This document shows, one piece after another, positions 26,520 to 36,080 of a stretch of DNA of 64,000 nt (positions within the stretch are counted from its first letter, which is position 1; each line of letters opens with the position of its first letter). Below the pieces are notes generated by a model. That model had not been told where the DNA came from and searched no databases. It was given only the letters and a program-made list of their open reading frames with translations. The position numbers were made by a program, and so were the translations under genes. This stretch comes from Phycisphaerae bacterium. Its GTDB lineage: Bacteria; Planctomycetota; Phycisphaerae; UBA1845. The stretch covers positions 84,110 through 148,109 of the forward strand of contig JANQQK010000038.1 in the NCBI GenBank assembly GCA_028289375.1. The letters are read 5' to 3'.

Positions 26520-28631
26520 ATGGGTTGCTCGAGCAAATGGCGTGGCCGATTCGTATTCGTGATCCTGATGGTGCTTTCATCGGGCGCGATGATGGTCGGG
26601 TGCGGCGGTCCGATAACCGCCGGGACGGACGTGGACGATCCGAACAGTATGGATGATTCGGGCAATCAGGCCCCGGTCGCCAAGGCTGGCCCAAACATGT
26701 CAGCCACGGGTGGACAACGGGTCACCGTCGATGGCGGAGAGAGCTTCGATCCGGATGGCGACGCGCTGACCTTTGCGTGGACAGCCAGCGGCTCGAGCCA
26801 CAACACGCGCTTCAGTGATTCGACTGCCGCTTCGCCCACCGTGGAGCTGCCGAGCGTGGAAGCTGAAACGACCATTCGCCTGACCTTGACTGTTTCGGAT
26901 GGCGCGCTGACGGCGGAGGACGATCTGGAGATCTTGGTTTCGCCCTTTGTGACACCAGCATCGCTGATCCTCGAACCGGTTCCCGGCCCCAACGTCACTG
27001 CCACGTCAGGCACGGTGGTGGTGCTGGATGGCAGTCGCTCTTCGATCGGTGACCCGGAGGGCACACGCATCGAGTGGCGGCAGATGACCGGAGCCCGGTT
27101 GACGGTGGACGATGCCAACGAGTTGATCGCGTCGTTTTTCGCGCCGAACGTGGCGGTCACAACGGAGTATCGGTTCCTGCTCGTTCTCACTCAGGATGGC
27201 CGAACAGCGTCGGCGCCGTTGACGGTGACCGTGCTGCCGCTCGATTTCGCACCGGCTGCCACACCACCTGGTCCGGCTGCGATCCCTGCTCCGCCCGCAG
27301 GCGGCGGTGGTGGTGGTTCGAGCGGTGGTGGAGGCGGTGGCGGCGCTCCTCCAGCGTCACCGCCACCGACGGACAACTGTCCCAACGATCCGAACAAGCT
27401 GGAACCGGGTATCTGCGGGTGTGGGGTTGTGGATGACCCGACGGACACTGATAGCGACGGGTCGGCGGACTGCGTGGATGGTTGCCCGGCAGACCCTGCC
27501 AAGATCGCACCGGGTGCGTGCGGATGCGGGGTCGCGGATACCGACAGCGATTCGGATGGAACAGCCGACTGCAACGATGCCTGCCCAGCCGACCCGACCA
27601 AGATCGCACCGTTGTTCTGTGGGTGTGGCCAACCGGAAACAGATACAGACGCGGATGGCTCGCCCGATTGCGTGGACGGGTGCCCGAACGATCCGAATCA
27701 AACGGACGTCGCGTTGTGCGGGCAGGCTCCGCTCGCATCAGAACACTCCGATTGGGATCTGTACATGCTTCGACTGGTGAATCGTGCGCGTGTCGATCCC
27801 ACGGGCGAACCTGCACGCATCGGATCTTCTGTAACAGACAACCGTCCTACCGTGCAGCCACTTGCTTACGCCGTGCTGATCGGCGATGCCGCAACGAACC
27901 ACAACGACTGGATGCACGAGAGCCTCGGATTGATCGCATCGCCTGACGCGCCCGACTCGTTCACCCACTACGAGACCGTCGACGGAACTTCGGGCGGGGC
28001 ACCGGCTACGGGAACGCCGGGGTTTACCGGAGCCCGAATCTCGGATCGCTTCAACGCGGTCGGCTATTCGTGGAACGCTGCCGGCGAGAACATTTTCGCC
28101 CGTTGGGGTTCGTCGACCATCACCGTGAACCAGGGGTTGATCGACGCGAACCACCGCGGCTGGTGGGAAAGCGCAGGTCATCGCAACAACATGCTCAACG
28201 GCGGGTATTCCGCGTTTGGCCACCGCGCTGAGACGCGCGCGGTCAGCGGGCCGATCGGCAACCTGCCGGGATTCGTGAATTTCCTGCACTTTGCAACACA
28301 GAATTTCGCTCGCCCGTCCGGTGGACATCACCATGCGTTCGGTGTGCTGTTTGATGATCTCGATGCCAGTGGTGGCTGGAACCCGCGTGACGACACCGAC
28401 CCGCTCCGCGAAGGCCTCCGCGACGTGCCGTTCACCGTTTTTGAAGCCGGCACCGCCACACAGGTCGCCACAGGCGAAACGCTGGACAATGGTGCGTTCA
28501 CGGTGCTGGTCGCCGACGGCAGTTACGACATCGTGTTCATGGATGCGGCAATGCCGGGTGGAGTATTTACGATAGGCGGAGTCATCGTCGCTGGAAGCAA
28601 CGTGAATACAGGTGACCACGATCCGATATAG
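26520..28631 (+). CDS. Secreted mosaic lipoprotein: Ig/PKD-like domains, poly-Gly linker, thrombospondin-type-3-like repeats, CAP/SCP/PR-1 domain and a C-terminal beta-sandwich
   Basis: Lipobox LSSGAMMVGC. GGGGGGSSGGGGGGG linker. Repeated DTDSDGxADCxDxCPxDPxK...CGCG units. CAP-like motifs (LVNRARVDP, GENIF, WWESAGHRNNMLNGGYSAFGH). Confidence 0.8.
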   Translation: MGCSSKWRGRFVFVILMVLSSGAMMVGCGGPITAGTDVDDPNSMDDSGNQAPVAKAGPNMSATGGQRVTVDGGESFDPDGDALTFAWTASGSSHNTRFSDSTAASPTVELPSVEAETTIRLTLTVSDGALTAEDDLEILVSPFVTPASLILEPVPGPNVTATSGTVVVLDGSRSSIGDPEGTRIEWRQMTGARLTVDDANELIASFFAPNVAVTTEYRFLLVLTQDGRTASAPLTVTVLPLDFAPAATPPGPAAIPAPPAGGGGGGSSGGGGGGGAPPASPPPTDNCPNDPNKLEPGICGCGVVDDPTDTDSDGSADCVDGCPADPAKIAPGACGCGVADTDSDSDGTADCNDACPADPTKIAPLFCGCGQPETDTDADGSPDCVDGCPNDPNQTDVALCGQAPLASEHSDWDLYMLRLVNRARVDPTGEPARIGSSVTDNRPTVQPLAYAVLIGDAATNHNDWMHESLGLIASPDAPDSFTHYETVDGTSGGAPATGTPGFTGARISDRFNAVGYSWNAAGENIFARWGSSTITVNQGLIDANHRGWWESAGHRNNMLNGGYSAFGHRAETRAVSGPIGNLPGFVNFLHFATQNFARPSGGHHHAFGVLFDDLDASGGWNPRDDTDPLREGLRDVPFTVFEAGTATQVATGETLDNGAFTVLVADGSYDIVFMDAAMPGGVFTIGGVIVAGSNVNTGDHDPI

Positions 28632-28640
28632 CGATACGTG

Positions 28641-29903
28641 TCAAACAGTGACCGGTCGCGTCCCGGGGTCGAGTTGAATCGACGTGAAATTGGGCAACGG
28701 GTCTTCCAACTGCGAGAGTAATTCCGTCAGCGTGTAGACCTGGGCACCGCTGCCCAACAGCTCTCTCGCTTTGGCTGCGATTGCATCTTCGTAGTCGAAG
28801 CTGGTCGCCACGCAGACCTCGGGATGCAATTCCATTAGCGCGTCCGGTGTCGTGCATGTGACACCGTGGACGGACTGGCGTTGCGGCGCATCATCGCCGA
28901 CCGCAATGATGTCGACCCCAAGTTCCGAGAACACACCGTGAAAATACCCGAATTCCTTTCCGGCTCCATAGCAGACAATCCGTCGCCCAGCCAACCGATC
29001 CACGACGCAGGCACGAGTGCGGTTGAGCAGGTCTTCGTAGTGGTCCATCAGCGCGTGGTGATAGTCGACGATTTCGGGGAATTGCAGCGATGTTCCGACC
29101 GGATCTGCCGGTGATGCCGACACCCACAGGTTACCAATGTCGGCGATGCGGGTTGTCTTCAATCCCGCAGCTGCGAGGTATCGCGCGAGGCTGGCGCCGG
29201 AGAAGTGATTGATGTGTTGGCCGTAGCAAAGAAAGAAGTTTCGATAGAAGAATACGAGTGGTGAGCAGCCATACACGCTGCGGTGGGCGGCATTGGCCTG
29301 ATAGGTCGGTGTGTACCTTGAGAGATCGGGCACGACAAGGAATAGCTGGCCGTCGGGCTTTAGGTATGGCCGAACAGTGCGAAGTATGTCGAACGGTTCG
29401 GTCACATGCTCGAAGACCGACGTCATCATGATGACATCGAAGTATCCTTCCGGGTATTGACTGATCCAGTCCGCACCGAAGAACCCTTGCTCCAGCTTCC
29501 CGTTGGCGATCCTTTTCCGTGCAGCGCGCACATTCTCGGCACCAGGTTCGATGCCGTGACATTCGAATCCGATATCCGAGAAACGCCTCATGAGTGCGCC
29601 CCGGTTAAAGCCGATCTCAGCCAATCGGGGAGCACGATTCATTGCCTTGACACCCGCGAGGACAAATTCGACGTAGGCAGTGTACTGTTCAAGGTCGTCG
29701 TCGCAGGTAATGTACTCTTCTTCGACATACTGGACATTGCGATCGCGGTCCCAGATTCCTGAAACATGACCGCACTCCTCGCAAACCACGACGCGATAGG
29801 GAAACTGGCGATCGACAACCGGGTCCACACAATGCCAATGTCCATTGCCCTCGATGCGCGTTGATGTGTTGAGCGACTCACAGATTCGACATACGGCGTT
29901 CAT
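28641..29903 (-). CDS. Class I SAM-dependent methyltransferase with NDP-sugar C-methyltransferase-like architecture (Zn ribbon + MTase + C-terminal Rossmann-like domain)
   Basis: N-terminal CRIC...CEEC. MTase core (LAEIGFNRGALMRRF...CHGIEPG, FDVIMMTSVFEHV). C-terminal RIVCYGAGKEFGYF...IIAVGDDAPQRQ resembles the TylC3-type C-terminal domain. Confidence 0.75.
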   Translation of the reverse strand: MNAVCRICESLNTSTRIEGNGHWHCVDPVVDRQFPYRVVVCEECGHVSGIWDRDRNVQYVEEEYITCDDDLEQYTAYVEFVLAGVKAMNRAPRLAEIGFNRGALMRRFSDIGFECHGIEPGAENVRAARKRIANGKLEQGFFGADWISQYPEGYFDVIMMTSVFEHVTEPFDILRTVRPYLKPDGQLFLVVPDLSRYTPTYQANAAHRSVYGCSPLVFFYRNFFLCYGQHINHFSGASLARYLAAAGLKTTRIADIGNLWVSASPADPVGTSLQFPEIVDYHHALMDHYEDLLNRTRACVVDRLAGRRIVCYGAGKEFGYFHGVFSELGVDIIAVGDDAPQRQSVHGVTCTTPDALMELHPEVCVATSFDYEDAIAAKARELLGSGAQVYTLTELLSQLEDPLPNFTSIQLDPGTRPVTV

Positions 29904-29927
29904 CGCGGCGACTCCCTTGTTCGTGCC

Positions 29928-31040
29928 TCATACTGACTCGGCGTGATATCGGATTTCCTTCGATCCGGAGTACCCTTCGATCATTCCGAGAAGCGTCTCG
30001 CATCGCTTTCTGATCGAGTGGTCCTTGATCGTTCGTTGTTGCCCTGCGTGGGCGATGGATGATCTTTCGCTTTCGTTTGAAAGCAAGTGTCTGATGCGAT
30101 CGAGGCACTCATCGTGCGATGCGAATGTCACCACTTCGTCACCGTCGACGAAGAAGTCATTCACGTTTGCCTTTCGATCGGTCAACAGCAGAGTACCGCA
30201 CCCCGTCGCTTCAAACATTCTCATGTTGTTGGCGTATCGACAATCCCACGTGCCGTCGACGTCGATTCGACCGTGAACGTTGATCGTGATTCGCGATTGG
30301 CTGATCACACGATACATATCCATGCCCCAGGCTTGACCGCGATGGTGTGTGCGTGCGTCGTCGCTGAGTCGTTCGTCACCGTATCCGTAAATGGCGAGAT
30401 CCAGATGGCGCGAGAGGAATTCAACAAGCTCCAGCCGATCACGGTGAACGTCTGACAATCCGCCAACAACGGTGACGTCGAGGACTGGTTCGCTGTTGTT
30501 CAGTGAGTCCATGAGTCCACTATCGAACCCGAGTGCCAGGTATTCAGCCCTTTTACCTTTGCGTTTGAAGTGGCTGACCAGTGGTGGCCAAGACGAGACG
30601 ATGAAGTCGTGGTGGTCGAACGAACGTCGCGGCGGCACCTTGCAAGCGACCTGACCGACGATCATGCCGACATACTTGCTGACGCGACTGAGAAACTCGT
30701 CGCTCAAACATGAAATCTCCTGGACGAGGAGCAGATCGGGGCGGATCTCTTCAAGTTGTGCTTCGAATACTGCTTCGACAATGCTGGCATCGGCCGCGTC
30801 TACCGTAAGCCCTTGCTCGACGGCCCACTTTGATTGGAGCGATCGGGCGTTCAGGACGACCGTCTCTGCGTCGTGGCCCATATCGCGAAAAGCAGCGGCG
30901 TATGCATCGCCGGTTCCGAATCTGGTGGCCATGAGACGCGCGTGCTGCTGACGGTAACTGCTCATCGCGAGTGTCGGGTGCTTTCGCTCAAAATCGTGCA
31001 GGAACGCACTGTAATAGGTGTCGGCGATGACGATGCGCAG
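29928..31040 (-). CDS. CgeB-like glycosyltransferase (DUF3880/Glyco_trans_1_2-type), with a probable non-ATG (CTG) start
   Basis: C-terminal motif RMFEATGCGTLLLTD. The first ATG is at 30965, but the in-frame upstream sequence encodes LRIVIADTYYSAFLHDFERKHPTLA, preceded by AGGAGA and an in-frame TGA at 31056-31058. Confidence 0.7.
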   Translation of the reverse strand: MRIVIADTYYSAFLHDFERKHPTLAMSSYRQQHARLMATRFGTGDAYAAAFRDMGHDAETVVLNARSLQSKWAVEQGLTVDAADASIVEAVFEAQLEEIRPDLLLVQEISCLSDEFLSRVSKYVGMIVGQVACKVPPRRSFDHHDFIVSSWPPLVSHFKRKGKRAEYLALGFDSGLMDSLNNSEPVLDVTVVGGLSDVHRDRLELVEFLSRHLDLAIYGYGDERLSDDARTHHRGQAWGMDMYRVISQSRITINVHGRIDVDGTWDCRYANNMRMFEATGCGTLLLTDRKANVNDFFVDGDEVVTFASHDECLDRIRHLLSNESERSSIAHAGQQRTIKDHSIRKRCETLLGMIEGYSGSKEIRYHAESV

Positions 31041-31231
31041 GGCGATTCTCCTCGCTCAGTGGGTCAATGAAGTCAGATTCCCCGTGCATATCGACGGAGT
31101 CAGCCCGTTTTCGTGATCGAAAGTCGTTGCGGGCGTCCATGCACCGGCAACATCCGTTTCAGAGTGGCCTCCCGTTCGGCCGATAGCCCACTTGAAGTTC
31201 CACAATCACCTTATAGCCAAGGCAAGAGCAC

Positions 31232-32191
31232 ATGAACGAAGTATCCGAAAGACGGAAAGCACTTTACCAACTCGCTGGTCGGAACCCTTCGCAGTACGAC
31301 AATCATGTGATCATTGACATCTGTACCGCCTGCGGGGCGGACTGCGTCTACTGTCTTCACCAAGCGGCTGGGCTTGCGAAGTCAAAGCTGATGAAGCGCG
31401 AGGACTTCTTCACAATCGTCGACATCCTACAGGCTGAAGGATTCGAACTGGTCTACTTGTACCAGAGCGGCGAATCGTTCCATCATCCCAACTATTTCGA
31501 GTTCGTTGAAGCGGTCGCCAAGCGCGGCATGAACAGCAGCACAGCCACCAAGTTGTTCATGAAAATCGACTGGGAGGCATTCGACTGCACGATGGCAGCG
31601 TGTGAGGATACGGGCTGCTATGTGGAGTACCTTGTAACGGTCGACGCCCTGAGTCAGGATGTTCAGGACAAGATCGGCCCCGGCATTCGAAATGATGCCG
31701 TAATGGCGAATCTGGAAGAATTGGCCAAGCTGAACGAGAAGTACTCGTGCATGCGCTGCATCCTGGATACTGTCGTGCACGCGCACAACGAAGATCATAT
31801 CGACGCATTTCCGAAGTACTTTTCCGAACTCGGATTCTCCAAGTGGTATCCGCGACGCATGGGCTACTTCATGCCGAGTTTTGCGCGCAAGGAGGACTTT
31901 CGCGCCATCGCCGAAGTCGTTCCACAAAGCAAGGAACACGCGGCACGATTCTCGATCGTCGACGACAAGCTTGTTCCGTATGAGGAACAGAAAAAGTGCG
32001 ATCTCGGCGCGCCGTCCATCGGTCCGGACGGGTATCTCACCGTCTGCTGCCATGACATGTTGCACGTCAACAAGCTAGCCAATGTTCTCGAATATGGGAG
32101 CATGCGCAAGGCGCTGGCATCGCAGGCGTTTCAGGATGCGGCGGATAAGGGCCGGCAGATGAAGCTTCCAATCTGTCAGGGGTGCAACTAG
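31232..32191 (+). CDS. Radical SAM protein with a SPASM-like C-terminus
   Basis: CGADCVYC (CX3CX2C). C-terminal Cys cluster (KKCDLGAPSIGPDGYLTVCCHD...LPICQGCN). Visibly AT-richer than flanking genes. Confidence 0.8.
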   Translation: MNEVSERRKALYQLAGRNPSQYDNHVIIDICTACGADCVYCLHQAAGLAKSKLMKREDFFTIVDILQAEGFELVYLYQSGESFHHPNYFEFVEAVAKRGMNSSTATKLFMKIDWEAFDCTMAACEDTGCYVEYLVTVDALSQDVQDKIGPGIRNDAVMANLEELAKLNEKYSCMRCILDTVVHAHNEDHIDAFPKYFSELGFSKWYPRRMGYFMPSFARKEDFRAIAEVVPQSKEHAARFSIVDDKLVPYEEQKKCDLGAPSIGPDGYLTVCCHDMLHVNKLANVLEYGSMRKALASQAFQDAADKGRQMKLPICQGCN

Positions 32192-32231
32192 ATCCGATAC
32201 GGGCTGAGAATTGTCACGACGTAGGCCGTCG

Positions 32232-34652
32232 TCACACTTGGGCGGGAACGAGCGACCTGCTCTCGGAGGATCCCTCACCACATCCTTCAAAACCATTTTG
32301 AACAAGCGAGATCATCTGTCGCATCCGCTGCTCGTAGGAATACAGATCCGTGATCATTTGCTTGGCGGATTCGACCTGTCCCCGACGGGTGTCCTCATCA
32401 TCGACAAAGCGCTCGATCTTGGTACAGAAGTCCTCGTAACCGGTGAATGAGATGTCATCGAACGCCGGAATGATGTCTGCTGCGCGGTGCATCGTCAGGT
32501 CGCTTCGCCAGCCATCCAGGATTTCCGGGCAAATCGCGCGGCTGTCCGCTCCGAGAGGTTTGAGCAATCCGTCGATATCGTCGCGGTCTCGCTCGGATAT
32601 CCGCGCAAAGTCAGATCGGTCTGAAACAGCCAGCTCGTCCAGCCTGTTCATCAAGCGCTCGATGACTGGACGACACGTGTCCGCCGGTGCCCGTCGTGAC
32701 ATGAAGAACCCGGAGGCCAAGTACCCATCAAGTGCCCGCTGATGGAGGAATCCGTAGCCCATGAGTTGCAAGTTAACGGTTGAAGCCCGGTAGACTTTGC
32801 GAAGCTCTTCGCCGTTGTCGGTGGGGCCACTGGCGAATCGGGCCAGTCTCAGATGGTCGGACCATCCGCGGCCCCACAATCGAAATGATCGGCCCGTCTG
32901 TTCTGCCCAATGCGCGACCCAGTTCAGGGCGAGGTGTCGGAATGCCCGGTCTCCGACGCGTCCGACCGCGATGACCACCTTGGACCATTTCGCGTATGGT
33001 AAATCGAGTGACAACTCCCGCATGCAATCATGCACGCATTTGATGGTGTCGCCGGGAAAGGCTCCGCCATCCATCCAGCTGGGCAGCATCTCTGCGACAG
33101 CCATTCGAAACACATCGCGCAATACCCCTTCCGGCAACCACTGCTCGGCGTGATTCGCTTCGACCTCCGGAGAGGCTGAGGCATGACTGACGTAAGAGAC
33201 GTCACTGCGGTACGGGGCCAATTCCGACGCGGCGAAGTCCGATTTGGAGTAGGTCTTGACTGCACCGGCCATCGCGCACGGAAGCAATCTCTCCTTAGGC
33301 CAGCCGAATCGTTGATGCGCGGTCGCGGCTGAGAAACCCATGAGAAAATCGTTCCATGCGAGCGTCGGTTTCTTGGTTTCGTTGAACACCCATGGCAGTG
33401 CATCCTGGTCCCACGTGACGCTGGGAATGGCAGGATGCACCATCGAGGGCATCTCGTAGCGCATGCGACTGAGCAAGAGCACAACGTCGGGCTGAAAGTC
33501 CGCCTGCGCCTGCAAAGACGCGCACGGTTCCAGAAGCAAGTGGTCGTCCGGCTCCATGACAAGCTTCGTCGTATGCCCCAACGACTCGAGCGCCTGCAGA
33601 CAATCACGCATGCTGTACTTCAGGAACGTGGTATGTCGAGACGTAAGCCCGAGAATGCGAAGCGGTGATCCGATCGCCTGACCGTTCTCGTCAACAGCAG
33701 ATTGAAACCGATCCGCCCACCACGCCGCATCCCGACCGGCGTACATCGCGTCCAGTTGTTGGCGCAAATCCTCGGCATGTTGTTGGCGCGCACGGGCCAC
33801 ATTGTGCATGAGGCTGAGGACCTGGCCGACGGGCTGGCTGCCGACGTGTCGCAACGCATAGACCCGGTCCGTCGCCGGCGTATGCGGGTCGTTGTCCAGC
33901 AATTCGCGCAGCCGCTGCAATGCCTGCGAACCAACAAAGAAGTGCACGCGTGGGTCGGCCAGCACATTCCGAAAGTCGTGCAGGTGGAAGATCAAGGCCA
34001 CGGCTTCCGGACTCGGTTCGACGATGTACATCGAAGCAGATGAGTCGAGGAAGATCCGGTCCGTCTCACGATGCACGTGGAGGATTTCCCAGCCAAGCCC
34101 GACACCGTCAAACGCCTGTCCCGGACACGAAATGCCGATCGGTTCGGTGTTCACGCGCTTGGATACATGCGATCTGTGATCATCCAGCCTGCCGACCCAA
34201 CGTGGTGGCCAGCAATCGCCAACATGACGGACCTGTGCATTCCCGTCACGACACAGGTGCAATTCGTAGCGCGAATCAAGCGATGAGGCAGCGTCGCGCA
34301 CACACTCAGCCGACGCTGGACAGCGTTGTGCAAGGGCTTTGACGTTGGCTTCAAAACGGCGTCGGCGGGAAGACCACTGTGCCATTCCGGTCGGCTGCCC
34401 TTCGATCGCCCGTCGCAGTTCCGCCACGACCGGGATCATGTCGGCCGACGGACGCATGCGCTCCAGCACCTGACGGGAGGCACCGCAAAGCCCCAACGCC
34501 GTCAACGATCGGACATACCCGAGCAACCAATCCGTCGCATCTTCCGGCGCGATGGCCAGCATCGGCAATGTTCGGAGATACAGATAGTGATCGCCCGCGT
34601 CGCGTGCGCAGCGGACGAGCCTCGCCATGGTGTGCATATCCAATTCGGACAT
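32232..34652 (-). CDS. Large (806 aa) putative glycosyltransferase: Maf/DUF115-like N-terminal half fused to a CgeB-like C-terminal half
   Basis: The N-terminal half (GVGLGWEILHV...IVEPSPEAVALIFHLHDFRNVLADPRVHFFVG) resembles motility-accessory-factor-type proteins. The C-terminal half (YRASTVNLQLMGYGFLHQRALDGYLASGFFMSRR) resembles the CgeB-like C-terminal domain. Both are recalled by eye. Confidence 0.6.
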   Translation of the reverse strand: MSELDMHTMARLVRCARDAGDHYLYLRTLPMLAIAPEDATDWLLGYVRSLTALGLCGASRQVLERMRPSADMIPVVAELRRAIEGQPTGMAQWSSRRRRFEANVKALAQRCPASAECVRDAASSLDSRYELHLCRDGNAQVRHVGDCWPPRWVGRLDDHRSHVSKRVNTEPIGISCPGQAFDGVGLGWEILHVHRETDRIFLDSSASMYIVEPSPEAVALIFHLHDFRNVLADPRVHFFVGSQALQRLRELLDNDPHTPATDRVYALRHVGSQPVGQVLSLMHNVARARQQHAEDLRQQLDAMYAGRDAAWWADRFQSAVDENGQAIGSPLRILGLTSRHTTFLKYSMRDCLQALESLGHTTKLVMEPDDHLLLEPCASLQAQADFQPDVVLLLSRMRYEMPSMVHPAIPSVTWDQDALPWVFNETKKPTLAWNDFLMGFSAATAHQRFGWPKERLLPCAMAGAVKTYSKSDFAASELAPYRSDVSYVSHASASPEVEANHAEQWLPEGVLRDVFRMAVAEMLPSWMDGGAFPGDTIKCVHDCMRELSLDLPYAKWSKVVIAVGRVGDRAFRHLALNWVAHWAEQTGRSFRLWGRGWSDHLRLARFASGPTDNGEELRKVYRASTVNLQLMGYGFLHQRALDGYLASGFFMSRRAPADTCRPVIERLMNRLDELAVSDRSDFARISERDRDDIDGLLKPLGADSRAICPEILDGWRSDLTMHRAADIIPAFDDISFTGYEDFCTKIERFVDDEDTRRGQVESAKQMITDLYSYEQRMRQMISLVQNGFEGCGEGSSESRSLVPAQV

Positions 34653-34709
34653 ACACCTACATCGGCAGCATGGCTGGCGAAAATCCCGCCCGATCCTACG
34701 CGGAATCGG

Positions 34710-36080
34710 CTATTTCGCGGCCAGATTCTGCATGAACTGGGCCGAGAAGCGGATGCCGCCCCAGAAATCGAACTTGTGGAAGAACTCGTTGGGACCGTGG
34801 GCGTTGCAGTTGGGCCAGCAGAGACCCACCATGATCGACTCAGCCCCGAGGATCTTCTTGAACATCGGCAGGATCGGCAGTGAGCCACCCTCACGGATCA
34901 GCACAGGCCGCTTCTCAAACGCCGTTTCGACCGCGTCGCCCGCAGCCTGCAACGCCGGCTGATCCAATGGACACATGTAGGCCGCACAATGGGCGTGGTT
35001 GTTGATCTGCAGCTCGATGCCCGGCGGGATGGCCACCTTTACAAAGTCATCGAATGCCTTGGAAATCTTGTCCGGGTCCTGATTGGGGACGAGTCGCATC
35101 GACACCTTGCAGCCCATCTTCGCCGGCACGATCGTCGACGATCCCGGCTTCATGAACCCGCCGAAGAGACCATTCACGTCGAGTGTCGGCCTGGCCCAGC
35201 GGCGTTCGAGCGTGGTGTATCCCGCTTCGCCATGCAAACCCGACACGCCGAGCATTTCGGCGTACTTGGCTTCGTCGAAGGAAAGCTCCTTCATCATCGC
35301 CCGTTCCTGGTCCGACACGTCAACGACTTCGTCGTAGAAGCCGGGAATGGTCACGCGATTGTCGGCGTCCTTCATCGACGCGATGATGTTGCACAACACG
35401 TTGCCGGGATTGGCCACCGTTCCGCCGAACGAGCCGCTGTGCAGATCGTTCACCGGTCCCTTGAGCAGAATCTCCTTGTAGAGCATGCCCTTGGTGCCGT
35501 ACGTGATCGCCGGCGTCTCGCCGTCAAACTTGGCGGTGTCGGAAATTGTGACGTAGTCGCACGCCAGCCGCTCGCGATGCTCTTCGATGAACGGCGCCAG
35601 ATTCGGCGATCCAACTTCCTCTTCGCCCTCGATGAGGAACTTGAACCGGATCGGCAATTTGCCCGCCACCTTCTTCCACGCTTCCGCCGCCAGCAAGTGC
35701 GTCAAGACCTGACCCTTATCGTCGGCTGATCCGCGCGCGATGATCTTCCCGTCGACCTCGGTCGGCTCGAACGGCTCGGCATCCCAGAGGTCACGTTCGC
35801 CAACAGGCTGCACGTCATAGTGGCCATACAGCAACACCGTCGGCCCGCCACACTCGACGGGGCCGGAATCTCCCACGACGACCGGATGGCCTGCCGTTTC
35901 AATCATCTCCGCTTCGATGCCGCATCCCTGCAGAAGGTCCAGAACCCAATGGCAGGCCTTGCGCACGTCCGCATCATGCTCCGACGCCGTCGAAATGCTT
36001 GGAATGCGCAAAAAGTCCTTCAGGCGTTCGATGTTCTGTCCTTCATGCTCCTTGATGTACGTCAATACCTGATCGATCAC
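34710..36080 (-). CDS. M20-family dipeptidase/peptidase
   Basis: YGHYDVQPVGERDLWDAEPFEPTEVDGKIIARGSADDKGQV. The 663-aa track ORF is over-extended. A GTG at 36080, preceded by GAGAGGA, gives a 456-aa protein starting VIDQVLTYIKEHEG, the usual N-terminus for this family. Confidence 0.85.
   Translation of the reverse strand: MIDQVLTYIKEHEGQNIERLKDFLRIPSISTASEHDADVRKACHWVLDLLQGCGIEAEMIETAGHPVVVGDSGPVECGGPTVLLYGHYDVQPVGERDLWDAEPFEPTEVDGKIIARGSADDKGQVLTHLLAAEAWKKVAGKLPIRFKFLIEGEEEVGSPNLAPFIEEHRERLACDYVTISDTAKFDGETPAITYGTKGMLYKEILLKGPVNDLHSGSFGGTVANPGNVLCNIIASMKDADNRVTIPGFYDEVVDVSDQERAMMKELSFDEAKYAEMLGVSGLHGEAGYTTLERRWARPTLDVNGLFGGFMKPGSSTIVPAKMGCKVSMRLVPNQDPDKISKAFDDFVKVAIPPGIELQINNHAHCAAYMCPLDQPALQAAGDAVETAFEKRPVLIREGGSLPILPMFKKILGAESIMVGLCWPNCNAHGPNEFFHKFDFWGGIRFSAQFMQNLAAK

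Noticed and set aside
27290-27360. GGC/GGT-rich tandem-looking DNA tract
   Set aside because: It encodes the in-frame poly-Gly/Ser linker of the CAP-domain lipoprotein. It is not an independent repeat element or a CRISPR-like array.
29555-29575. TTCGAATCC-like string resembling a tRNA T-loop
   Set aside because: It lies inside the methyltransferase coding frame. No acceptor or anticodon stems can be drawn around it. No tRNA-like cloverleaf was found anywhere in the window by eye.
31067-31186. 39-codon ORF (MKSDSPCISTESARFRDRKSLRASMHRQHPFQSGLPFGR) upstream of the radical SAM/SPASM gene, considered as a possible RiPP precursor
   Set aside because: It has no Shine-Dalgarno sequence, poor codon usage (ATA, TCA, CGA) and no Cys/Gly-rich core or leader-like features. 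It lies in the divergent promoter region. Coding is not supported without conservation data.
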